A stretch of DNA of 64,000 bases, taken from contig CBDBOV010000002.1 of NCBI GenBank assembly GCA_965208575.1, positions 480,001 through 544,000 of the forward strand. The letters run 5' to 3'. Made by a program: the position numbers and the translations under genes. Positions 18,717 through 27,459 of this stretch are shown piece by piece. Origin of the DNA: Spirochaetia bacterium (GTDB lineage Bacteria; Spirochaetota; Spirochaetia; SZUA-6; Bin103). The stretch's first letter is position 1. Each line of letters begins with the position of its first letter. The notes beneath the pieces are model-generated. The model saw nothing but the letters and a program-made list of their open reading frames with translations. It was not told the DNA's origin and did no database searches.

Positions 18717-21700
18717 GGATTCTCAACGCCGCGGTGCCTTCCACGTTCCGCATCGAGTGCAAGGTCGCCCACAGGCCGGGACGCGCGTCGCCGTGCGCGT
18801 AGAGCAGTCGGTCGGCGTTTCGTTCGCTGGCCGGCGCTTGGTACTTGAGCTGTCGTCGGCCTTGTTCACAGCGCCGCGCTTCGTCGTGCCACTGTTCGAC
18901 CAGACGTTCGAGATGGCGCTTGGTGTCAGACCGCTGGCCGGAGTCAGCAGCAGCGTGTCCACAACGCCGCTCGAGCTCGGCGATCGCAGCCCGCACTTCG
19001 GGCGCGTTCCGGTCGAAGTTCCCCGCGGATGCATTGCCACGCAGGTCGATGCACGTATGTCGGAGAGCAATGACGAGGACGGCATGGAGCGCACGCGATC
19101 GAACCTGGTGGGTAAAGGGCGTCACACTGCTCGGCTCCACGAAGCGGTAGAAGGATTCGTGGTAGGGGCGGAAGCTCTCGTAGTGAGACAGACTCCGAGC
19201 TTGGTGCCGGTAGTAGTTGGCAAAGATGAGACCAGGAACGTCCCCGCGCCCGACTCGGCTGGTCGCCTGGATGTATTCTGCGGTGGTAAGCGGCTGGCCG
19301 TTCACGACCATCAGTGCAAGGCGCGCCACGTCGAGGCCGACCGATATCATGTTGGTTGCGAGCACCGCGTCCAGGCAGCCATCGGCCTCCCGGCTCCTCG
19401 TTAGTCGCTGAAACGTCTCGGCATTCTCCTCGGCCGGCCGCCGACTTGTGAGCTGAGCAACGCGTGCGTACTGCAACCGCCGTGCCGTGCCGTCCGGTTG
19501 ATGGTCTTGATCGACGAAATCGGGAGCATACTCGTTGTCTCGCTGTTCGGCACGCCCGCCGGTGAGCCACCGTCCGAAGTCGCGTACGTCAGTCATGAAC
19601 GCGTTGTGACTGTTGCCCACTCCTTTGAGGCTACCGTGGTAGATCACCTGGGTCCACCACGCATCGAGCAACGCGTCCCGGTCGGGACGTCCGTCGAACA
19701 CTGCCGGCGGGGCGGCAAGCAACGCCGCGGCGAGCGGCGCGAGGCAACGCTGTTGATCGAGCATCGGCGACAGATAGCCGACATAGAGCCGCCCCGGATG
19801 CTCCCGGTCCGCGCGTGCGAAGTAGGAGTCGTCGTGTGACAGTCCCGGCGGCGGAAGCACGGCAAGCTCGCGCGCATACAGGCGCCGAACCTGCTGCTCC
19901 GCCAACCGGATGGTGGCGGTGGAGGCGACGTACTTTGGACGAACACCGCGCTGGACCAGCAGCGTTTCCAGTCCCGCTTCGTACAGCCCCGCTACCGAAC
20001 CGAGCGGCCCCGTGATCAGGTGCAACTCGTCCTGGATCACCAGCTCCGGCGGACGCGAGCCGTTGCTGACACCGAAGAACGCGCCGGCCCGGTCATCCCA
20101 TGCGAGACGCGCAAACTTGTCGATGGTTCCGACCAGCAGAGAAGGCGGGCGTCGATAGAGCGCTTCGTCCACGACGTTGCAGGGCAGCGGGAGTGAATCG
20201 ATGCCGAAGGCACACTGCCCGGCTGAGCACTGGAAACCGAAGTCATCTCCGGTTGCATGGTAACCCAACTCGACGTCGAACGAGGTGCCGCACCACGGAC
20301 AACGCTCCAGGAGCAGCTTGTAGCGCGCATCCGGTCTTCCATCCCTGATCTCGTCCACCAGCTCCCGAGCCTGGACGAACGTGTTGGGGCTGATCTCGCG
20401 GCCGACCCAGATGCCGATGTCGATGGGTGCCTCACCGAGCCGCGCTGGATTTCCCCTTCGGATCAGTTCCAATGCGCCAACCATGCGCGCCGCACGTTCG
20501 AACTGCTGGCGCGTAAGCAGTCGCAGCGTGTAACGCATGAGGGCGCACGTCCCGCCTCCCGAAGAGGGATGCTTCAGGCGTCGCCATACGATGAGAAACG
20601 CGATGATGCCAAGGTAGGCTTCGGTCTTGCCGCCACCAGTGGGAAACCAGATGAGGTCCAGCACGTCGCGAAACGCGTCTTGTTCCCGGATCACGGACTC
20701 CATGGTCGTGAGCAGGAATGCCAACTGAAACGGACGCCAGCGGTAGGTGCCGGTGTCCCGGCCGGCCACCCGATCTGCCTGGCGCATCTGATCGAGCATG
20801 GCGCGGTTCGCCAACCGAAACGCCTCTTCGGCGAGCGGGTCCGTGCGTAACATCTCGATGCAGGCGCGCATCCGTTTGAGGGCAATGTCCATCCTGCCGC
20901 AGATTCGGTTCGCGGTAGCCCGTTCCTCCCCGTTCGGGAACGCCGACGCGACGCGGATCTGCTCGGCAACCCAGTCGGCGTATCGGTCGACAAAGCGACC
21001 GAGCTCATCCGGTATCGGCGCCGCGGCGAGCCGGGCGAGGGAAAGGACGCCCTCTTCTCCGCACGTTTCGACGGTGATCAGCGGCACTTCAGCTTGGGGC
21101 ATGAATTCGGACCAGATCCGCGCTGGTTGGCCATGTTTCAGGTCCCAGTCCGCCGCAGCACCGTGACCGATGGCGTAGATTCGTAGTCGCCGGTACTGAA
21201 GCTCAAGCTCCTGCTCCTCCTCAGTGAGCAGACTCGGGTCGACTCGTGGGTAGTCGACAAGCTCGCCGTTCTCGATCACGCACTCCAGGCGAGCCTCGAA
21301 CAATGAGTTCTCTACCCGATCGCTTGTTCGGTCGCGACCCGGAGCGGTGGCGTCGAGTTCGGCGCGGTTCGACAGGGTAACGGTCAAGATGAGGCCGTCT
21401 CGATAAGGCCGGGCGCGAGTGTTTATGCTGGCGCGACCTTCCCAGATCCGATTGCTGGTCACGTTGCTTGGAGCAGCGGACCGCGTCCATGTAACGACGC
21501 ACTCCGGAAGCTTTGACCGCTCGTACTGCGGTGGGAGGAATCGGCCCTGCTCGTCACGCCCATGGTTGCGATCCTGGTAGACTGCGGCAAATGGCACGAT
21601 TGAGAGGCGAATATTTCCCCGGACGAAAAACGAGAAGCCAACTGAGGACGGCGGCACGTACCGCCGCCGGCGTGCCGGTTGGGCAACCTGATCATCCTGC

Positions 21701-21930
21701 ACGTCGTCTGATGGTGCCGTGTCCTCCTGGTCGTCGAGGAGGGCTCCCTCCGCTTCCTCTAACCCGGCCGAAGCCGGGTCGATCCCGGCGCGGTCGGAGC
21801 CGATGGGATGCAGCACCCCGGCCGGAAATCGATCCAGCGGGGAGATCCGCAGGCTTCCGTCCCTGGCCGATCCCATGAGCTGGCGGCGCAACCACGCGAC
21901 GAGCACGTTCCTTTCTTCGACGTAGTTCAC
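18670..21930 (-). CDS. drmA: DrmA-like SF2 helicase
   Basis: WRPFQLAF, FPTGGGKTEAY, RYTLRLLT, QDELHLITGPLG, ATNMISVGLDV, AEYIQATSRVGR. Confidence 0.92.
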   Translation of the reverse strand: MNYVEERNVLVAWLRRQLMGSARDGSLRISPLDRFPAGVLHPIGSDRAGIDPASAGLEEAEGALLDDQEDTAPSDDVQDDQVAQPARRRRYVPPSSVGFSFFVRGNIRLSIVPFAAVYQDRNHGRDEQGRFLPPQYERSKLPECVVTWTRSAAPSNVTSNRIWEGRASINTRARPYRDGLILTVTLSNRAELDATAPGRDRTSDRVENSLFEARLECVIENGELVDYPRVDPSLLTEEEQELELQYRRLRIYAIGHGAAADWDLKHGQPARIWSEFMPQAEVPLITVETCGEEGVLSLARLAAAPIPDELGRFVDRYADWVAEQIRVASAFPNGEERATANRICGRMDIALKRMRACIEMLRTDPLAEEAFRLANRAMLDQMRQADRVAGRDTGTYRWRPFQLAFLLTTMESVIREQDAFRDVLDLIWFPTGGGKTEAYLGIIAFLIVWRRLKHPSSGGGTCALMRYTLRLLTRQQFERAARMVGALELIRRGNPARLGEAPIDIGIWVGREISPNTFVQARELVDEIRDGRPDARYKLLLERCPWCGTSFDVELGYHATGDDFGFQCSAGQCAFGIDSLPLPCNVVDEALYRRPPSLLVGTIDKFARLAWDDRAGAFFGVSNGSRPPELVIQDELHLITGPLGSVAGLYEAGLETLLVQRGVRPKYVASTATIRLAEQQVRRLYARELAVLPPPGLSHDDSYFARADREHPGRLYVGYLSPMLDQQRCLAPLAAALLAAPPAVFDGRPDRDALLDAWWTQVIYHGSLKGVGNSHNAFMTDVRDFGRWLTGGRAEQRDNEYAPDFVDQDHQPDGTARRLQYARVAQLTSRRPAEENAETFQRLTRSREADGCLDAVLATNMISVGLDVARLALMVVNGQPLTTAEYIQATSRVGRGDVPGLIFANYYRHQARSLSHYESFRPYHESFYRFVEPSSVTPFTHQVRSRALHAVLVIALRHTCIDLRGNASAGNFDRNAPEVRAAIAELERRCGHAAADSGQRSDTKRHLERLVEQWHDEARRCEQGRRQLKYQAPASERNADRLLYAHGDARPGLWATLHSMRNVEGTAALRIHEWPRATARNERVHD

Positions 21931-22042
21931 GAGGTGAGTGGTGCCTTGCGTATAGGGAGTGGATACTCCCGTGCGCTATTCTGTACTTATAGTTCACATT
22001 TCGGCAAGTAGTGTAACGCATCGGTGAATCGGGATCATTTGC

Positions 22043-22243
22043 GTGGGCCAAGCGTTACTGAGCTGCAACTCAGCAGTCCGCGGCGCACCGACTTCGTGCC
22101 GGTGCGGATGAATGTGCTGGTGGAGCGATCGAGCCGACGCTCTGCATTCTCGGTGGCGAAGCCCGACAGCGGGCGAACGACGGTAGATGGTCGACCCGGA
22201 TAGTCCCACCATCCCCCACACCCGCGTCAAGCGCTCCGGATGA
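22043..22243 (+). pseudogene. Decayed, internally deleted copy of the clan AA protease gene
   Basis: 22043-22124 aligns to the 5' end of the gene at 11883; 22189-22242 matches 12218-12271 at 50/54 and ends in TGA. Confidence 0.85.
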
Positions 22244-22643
22244 AGCGGTGCGAATGCGACAAGCGGTGGTGGCGGGCGACGAAGTCGGCACCCACCGCTC
22301 CGGTCGGCACGGCAGCAGATGGGGGACCGAGCGGGCTGCCGCGGGTGGCGGTGGTCGTGAGGGCCCACGCACCGGGCGGGTCGGACCATCTTTTGCAGCG
22401 CGGGGCGGGTTCCTGTCGACCTGCACCAAAATAACTGCAGAAAATCGGGCGCAGGGGTTGACGCACTTTTCCGCTGCCGCTGAGGGCCGCTGGCGGGCCG
22501 TGAAGCCCGGCAATGGTCTGCGACCGTCAAGTGGCCGACCGCGTGCCCCTGGAGCCGCCGATTCGCGCCCCAGTGGCGCTGCAGGTGCCGGATCGAGGAC
22601 CTGCCAAGAAGTGCTATCTACCGGCCAGTGGTATATTTAAGGC

Positions 22644-25469
22644 ATGACAAACATGACCGGCGGGACCGCCAGACGACCCTTCAGCTCACTCGGCGATCAG
22701 CAGCTCCTGGAGCAGACCCGGCGCCTGGCGGCCAACCAGCGCGGCCTCGAAGTGCACATCCTGGACCATCTCGACGAGATCGACCGGCGTGGGCTGGCGC
22801 TGCGGCGCGGGTTCTCGAGCCTGTTCGACTACGCGGTGCGGGAGTTGCGGTTCACCGATGCGGCCGCGCAACGGCGTATTCAGACCATGAGGTTGTGCCG
22901 GCGGCATGGCTGGGTGCGGGCCATGCTGCACAGCGGCGAGTTGAGTGTGACGTCGGCGGCGCAGTTGGAGACCGCGTTTGGCGCCGCCGAGCGCCAGTGC
23001 CGGAGAGCGAGCGCGCCCGTCGATCAGGAGCGCTGCCAAGCTCTGCATGGGCTGCCTGCGGTGCCGAGCGGAGCGGGAGATCAGGATGCCGAAGCGTCGG
23101 GAGCGGGGATGGCCGGTGCCGCGGCGGTGGCGGCATCGGCGCCGCCCGGCGTGGCCGCCGTCGCCCAGGAGCTCGGTGACGCCAGAGGCTGCGGGGCCCG
23201 GCATACCGGGAGTGACGGCTGCAGGCGACTGTCGGTCGAGCCGGAGGTGCGGTCGCTCGATGACGCCGGAAGCCGCGAGGAGCGGCATGCAGAGCGCGAC
23301 CGTTGCAGGCGATCGTCGGCCGACTCGGAGGCGCAGTCGCTCGGTGACGCCGGCGGCCGCGGGGACCGGCATACCGAGAGCGACCGTTGCAGACCATCGT
23401 CGGACGGCTTGGCGGCGCAGTCGTCCCGTGGCGTCGGGGGCCGCGAGGACCGGTATGACGGGAACGACGGCTGCAGACGGCTGTCGGCCGGGCCGGAGGC
23501 GCGGTCGCTCGGTGACGCCGGCGGCCGCGAGGAGCGGGATGCCGAGAGCGACCGTTGCAGGCGATCGTCGGACGGCTCGGCGGCGGTCGGTGCCCGCCCG
23601 GCAGCGGCGGGTGCGCAGCCGGTGGGCCGATGGGACTCGAGTGCGGCCACCTCGGGCGCTGCACCGGCTTCGACGGCCGCCACGCTGCACGCGCCGCCGC
23701 CTGCGGCGCCGGGGCGTGTACCGCGGCCCGGGCTCACGGGTACTGAGGCCGCGACCACGCCGGTGGTGCCGGTGACGAGCCACGCGGCTGCGCAGCACCG
23801 CGGCGCCCGGCATGGCGATGCGCTGCCGGCGCGCCGGGAGTCGAGCGGAGCCGCCGGGCACTCTCCGGCACCGTTGCGCGCTTCCGGTGCCGCCGTGGCC
23901 TCCTCGGACCAGGGCCCGGCGGCGCCACTGCTGCCGCCGGCGAGGGGCGCCGAGCCGGGACCGTTGCCGGTCGTGGCCCCATCGGAGCCGCGGCTCACCG
24001 CTGCGCTCGCACCGGCGCCGTCGCGGGGTGATCGGAACCCGGAACCGTGTTCCGACCCGGAACTGCGGTCCGGCCCGGAGCGGTCCGCCGGGCCGGTGTC
24101 CGCCGCCGCGCTGCTGCACCCGCGGCGGCAGCGCGAGCTGATCGAGCAGGCCGCCGGCATGACCACGCGCCAGGTCGCCGGCCTGCTGGCCAGTGCCGCT
24201 CCGCAGGTGGCGCCGCCGCGCGACACGCTGCGTGCGGTGGCGCCGGACCGCTACACGTTGAAGGTGAGCATCGACCAGGAGTGCGAGCAGGGACTGCGCC
24301 ACCTGAAGGACCTGCGGTCGCACGTCGACCCGCGCATGTCGTGGGGAGACCTGGTGGCGCGCCTGGTGCGCGAGGCGGTGGCGCGGCACGACCCGCGCGG
24401 CGGCGGTGGCAGGCGGGGGCGTACGGGCGGCACGGCAGCATCGTCGCGGCGGGAGCGGACCGGCACACCCTCGGTCGTGGCGGCGGCCGCGGCCGGCGGG
24501 GAGCAGCCGCGGGCCGCGACGATCCGCAACGCTGCCGGGGTGCGCGGCGTTGCGCCCGCCGCCCCGACGGGCGGTGCAAGGTCGGTTGGCGCCCGCGCAG
24601 GTGCCGCTGTTTCGGCCCCGCCCGCCGTTACAGCGGCGCCGGAGGGTCGGAGCGCCGGCGGCGGCCCCGCCCACGGCACTGGTGCGACGCGGATCCCGCG
24701 GGCCACGACTGCGCCGCCGAGGTTGGCCAGCGGCGGGCCCGCCGGCGGCGCTGATGCCACGGGGATCCGGCGGGCCACGAGTGCGGCGCCGAAGTTGGTC
24801 AGCGGCGGCTCTGCCGACGGTGCAGATGCGACGCCGATCCGATCGGCAACGACTGCGGCGCCGGAGTTGGTCAGCGGCGGCTCTGCCGACGGTGCAGATG
24901 CGACGCCGATCCGGTCGGCAACGACTGCGGCGCCGGAGTTGGTCAGCGGCGGCTCTGCCGACGGTGCAGATGCGACGCCGATCCGGTCGGCAACGACTGC
25001 GGCGCCGGAGTTGGCCAGCGGCGGCTCTGCCGACGGTGCAGATGCGACGCCGATCCGATCGGCAACGACTGCGGCGCCGAGGTTGGTCAGCGGCGACCCC
25101 GCCGACGACGCTGGTGCCACGCGGATCCCGCGGGCAACGACTGCGGCGCCGAAGTTGGCCGGCGGCGTGCCGCCTGCGCGTGGTGCGGGCGGCACGCCGG
25201 GGAGAGCATCGCCGCAGTGCACCCGCGATGCTCCGCTCGGCCCGCGCCGGTCGCCGCCGCGGCGCACCATTCCGGCGGCTGTCCGGCGTTACGTCTGGCT
25301 GCGCGACGGGGGGCGCTGCCGCTATCGGGATCCGCTCACCGGTCGCCGCTGCAATTCGTCTCACCTGCTACAGATCCACCACCTGCTGCCAGTTGCCGAG
25401 GGGGGCGGCCCGGAGCCGGAGAACCTGGTTCTCGCGTGCCTGGCGCACCACCGCATGTGTCACGCCTAA
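22644..25469 (+). CDS. HNH endonuclease with DUF222-like N-terminus and repeat-expanded linkers
   Basis: HLDEIDRR...GFSSLFDY N-terminus; C-terminal VWLRDGGRC...C...IHH.LP...GG...NL.LAC..HH. Confidence 0.88.
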   Translation: MTNMTGGTARRPFSSLGDQQLLEQTRRLAANQRGLEVHILDHLDEIDRRGLALRRGFSSLFDYAVRELRFTDAAAQRRIQTMRLCRRHGWVRAMLHSGELSVTSAAQLETAFGAAERQCRRASAPVDQERCQALHGLPAVPSGAGDQDAEASGAGMAGAAAVAASAPPGVAAVAQELGDARGCGARHTGSDGCRRLSVEPEVRSLDDAGSREERHAERDRCRRSSADSEAQSLGDAGGRGDRHTESDRCRPSSDGLAAQSSRGVGGREDRYDGNDGCRRLSAGPEARSLGDAGGREERDAESDRCRRSSDGSAAVGARPAAAGAQPVGRWDSSAATSGAAPASTAATLHAPPPAAPGRVPRPGLTGTEAATTPVVPVTSHAAAQHRGARHGDALPARRESSGAAGHSPAPLRASGAAVASSDQGPAAPLLPPARGAEPGPLPVVAPSEPRLTAALAPAPSRGDRNPEPCSDPELRSGPERSAGPVSAAALLHPRRQRELIEQAAGMTTRQVAGLLASAAPQVAPPRDTLRAVAPDRYTLKVSIDQECEQGLRHLKDLRSHVDPRMSWGDLVARLVREAVARHDPRGGGGRRGRTGGTAASSRRERTGTPSVVAAAAAGGEQPRAATIRNAAGVRGVAPAAPTGGARSVGARAGAAVSAPPAVTAAPEGRSAGGGPAHGTGATRIPRATTAPPRLASGGPAGGADATGIRRATSAAPKLVSGGSADGADATPIRSATTAAPELVSGGSADGADATPIRSATTAAPELVSGGSADGADATPIRSATTAAPELASGGSADGADATPIRSATTAAPRLVSGDPADDAGATRIPRATTAAPKLAGGVPPARGAGGTPGRASPQCTRDAPLGPRRSPPRRTIPAAVRRYVWLRDGGRCRYRDPLTGRRCNSSHLLQIHHLLPVAEGGGPEPENLVLACLAHHRMCHA
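23172..23580 (+). repeat. 84-bp (28-aa) degenerate coding tandem repeat, ~5 units
   Basis: ctcg(g/a)tgacgcc at 23172, 23256, 23340, 23508 with a diverged unit at 23424. Confidence 0.85.
24705..25160 (+). repeat. 72-bp (24-aa) coding tandem repeat, ~6 units
   Basis: TTAAPELVSGGSADGADATPIRSA; acgactgcggcgccg at 24849, 24921, 24993, 25065, 25137. Confidence 0.93.
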
Positions 25470-25624
25470 CGGACAGCTCCGCCGCCCGAGCCGTCGCGGT
25501 AGCGCCGCCTCCACGCCGTGGCCGCATGGGAGTTGGCTGCCCGTCGCGCGTTCCTGCAAGCTGTTTGTCGTTGATCCCGGCCATGCGAATTCTGCCGTTT
25601 CCGGCGTTCGGACCCGGATGAAGC

Positions 25625-25939
25625 CGCCTCGAGGCCGCCCATGGAGTGGGGGCACGTGCCGAGCGGAATCCAACAGGTCCACACCTCGGGTGTCCCCTGG
25701 ATGAAAATGAAGTCCTGATGCGGCGGAGTCGTGTGGGCGATGCCACTGGCGAAGATCACTCGCGCACGAATGCCGGGCTGGGGCATCGCCGGCTTACCGA
25801 GCAGGCTCTCGGCGATGTCGAGCAGCTCCTGATTGTGTGCCAGGGCGTGAAACGACTCCAGCCGCTGAACGGTATCGTAGACCGGGTTGAAATCGGGCGT
25901 GCCCATGACCTTCGCATCTCGCGTGGAAATGGCGTCCAT
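25625..25939 (-). pseudogene. PhyH-family dioxygenase internal fragment
   Basis: TPPHQDFIFIQG...TCWIPLG...GGL, then similarity is lost. Confidence 0.78.
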
Positions 25940-26055
25940 GCGGCCGTGTGAAGCCGTCTCCTTGTATGGGTCGGCCGCGTTGAACAGACCGCCTACGCTC
26001 CAGCCGGAGTACTTGGAGCCCCTCGATGGGCTACCCGAACGCCAACTGACCGCAG

Positions 26056-27078
26056 TCAGGGGGACCCGCGGAGGAGCTGCGCTGCCGCAACCTCGTTCTT
26101 GAGCTTGGTGTAGACCTCGTCGATGCTGACCTCCGCCGCCGAGCCGGGTGCGAAGCCGCAGTCGGGGTTGAGGGTGATGCGCTCGGCGGGCACGTGGCGC
26201 AGTGCCTGCTCGACACGGCCGACGATCGCCTCACGGGAGTCCACCTGCCCGGGGGTCACGCTGACACAACCGAGACCGATCTCCAGGTCCTCGCGCAGCA
26301 GGCGCAGCACCTCGACGTCGCCCGCCTGGGGTGCCGTGAACTCCATCGCCAGGTGCTGCACGCGCAGCCGGTTCAACTGGCCGACGATCGGCCCGTACCC
26401 GCCGCTGAACACCTCCTCTCCGCGCATCCGCGCACCCGCACGCCGGCACAGGTGCACCGCGGTGCGGATCCCGTCGATGCCATCCACCACCTCGTTCACC
26501 ATGTCGACCGAGAAATCGGCCGCGCGATCGGCATCGTCATACCCGGCACGCACCACCGGGTCCACGAACAGGCACAAGTGCGGATCGTCGATCTGGGCGA
26601 TGTCGGCACCGGCGTCGCGGATCAGCTCCAGCTCGCGGCGGAGGACAGGTACGCAGTCACGAACGAATGACTCGCGCGTGGGATACGCGTGCGCGGACCG
26701 CTCGGCGTCCCACAGCCGCTCTCCCAGCAACGCGGGTGCCGGGAGCGTGGCCTTGACCTGCCGGTCGGTGATGCCGCGCAGGAACGAGATCTCCCTGGCG
26801 ATGAAACCTGGCTGCTTGGGCGCCAGGCGGTCGACCACTACGGTCCAGGGGCGTCCGTCGGCGGGGTTGGTGCCGAGCTCGAAGCCATGAGCGAGTTCGG
26901 CAATCACGCCGATGTACGAACGGCGCCGCCACTCTCCGTCAGTCACCACGTCGAGACCGGCGTGCTCCTGCAGGCGCACGATGTAGCCGACGGCGGCGTC
27001 CATCGCCCGCTGGTACTCACCCGCGTCCAGCCGCTGCTCGGCGCCGAGCAGATCGCGCACGAACGCGGACCGTGGCAT
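26056..27078 (-). CDS. Cobalamin-independent methionine synthase II family protein (first few residues apparently lost)
   Basis: DVVTDGEWRR, QIDDP, HLC, LNPDCGF. Confidence 0.9.
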   Translation of the reverse strand: MPRSAFVRDLLGAEQRLDAGEYQRAMDAAVGYIVRLQEHAGLDVVTDGEWRRRSYIGVIAELAHGFELGTNPADGRPWTVVVDRLAPKQPGFIAREISFLRGITDRQVKATLPAPALLGERLWDAERSAHAYPTRESFVRDCVPVLRRELELIRDAGADIAQIDDPHLCLFVDPVVRAGYDDADRAADFSVDMVNEVVDGIDGIRTAVHLCRRAGARMRGEEVFSGGYGPIVGQLNRLRVQHLAMEFTAPQAGDVEVLRLLREDLEIGLGCVSVTPGQVDSREAIVGRVEQALRHVPAERITLNPDCGFAPGSAAEVSIDEVYTKLKNEVAAAQLLRGSP

Positions 27079-27217
27079 CGATACCGTTCGCGGCCAAGGC
27101 GTCCAGGACCCAATCGAGGATGCGCTTGCCCCGTACCTCGGCAAAGCACTTCGGCGTGTCCGCGGTGGCGGGCATGAGTCGCTGTCCGCGACCGGCTCCG
27201 ATGATGATCGCTCGCAC
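27079..27217 (-). pseudogene. Nucleotidyltransferase (LicC/NTP_transferase-like) N-terminal fragment
   Basis: VRAIIIGAGRGQRLMP.T...PKCF.EV.GKRILDW; joined directly to the MetE-II gene. Confidence 0.82.
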
Positions 27218-27309
27218 GACGGTGGCTCGGCGGGACGCTGGCACGTCCCGCCCCGGCCCGTCAAGCGAGCTGACGACGACTCACTGGTTTTTCAACCCCG
27301 GTCCGCTTA

Positions 27310-27413
27310 TCGTGTCGGACATTGCCGGCACTTGGAGCGACGACGAGCAGTGGGAGTTCGAAGCCAACACGCGGGTGTTCGAGCAACTCGACGACGAGAT
27401 GTGGGAGCGATGA
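27310..27413 (+). pseudogene. Probable antitoxin C-terminal remnant
   Basis: DIAGTWSDDE..EFE..TRVFEQLDDEMW resembles the ends of antitoxins that precede vapC; ATGA overlap follows but no toxin. Confidence 0.45.
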
Positions 27414-27459
27414 GAATCTGCGCCATTCCCGGCGTGTTCGCCACCGGCTGCGAGGCGTG

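Noticed and set aside
16839-21930. Calling a complete DISARM system
   Set aside because: No DrmMI/MII methylase, DrmC PLD, DrmD or DrmE within the island boundaries.
24705-25160. 72-bp periodic repeats as a CRISPR array
   Set aside because: Whole units repeat with no unique spacers, stay in frame inside the HNH gene, and no cas genes are present.
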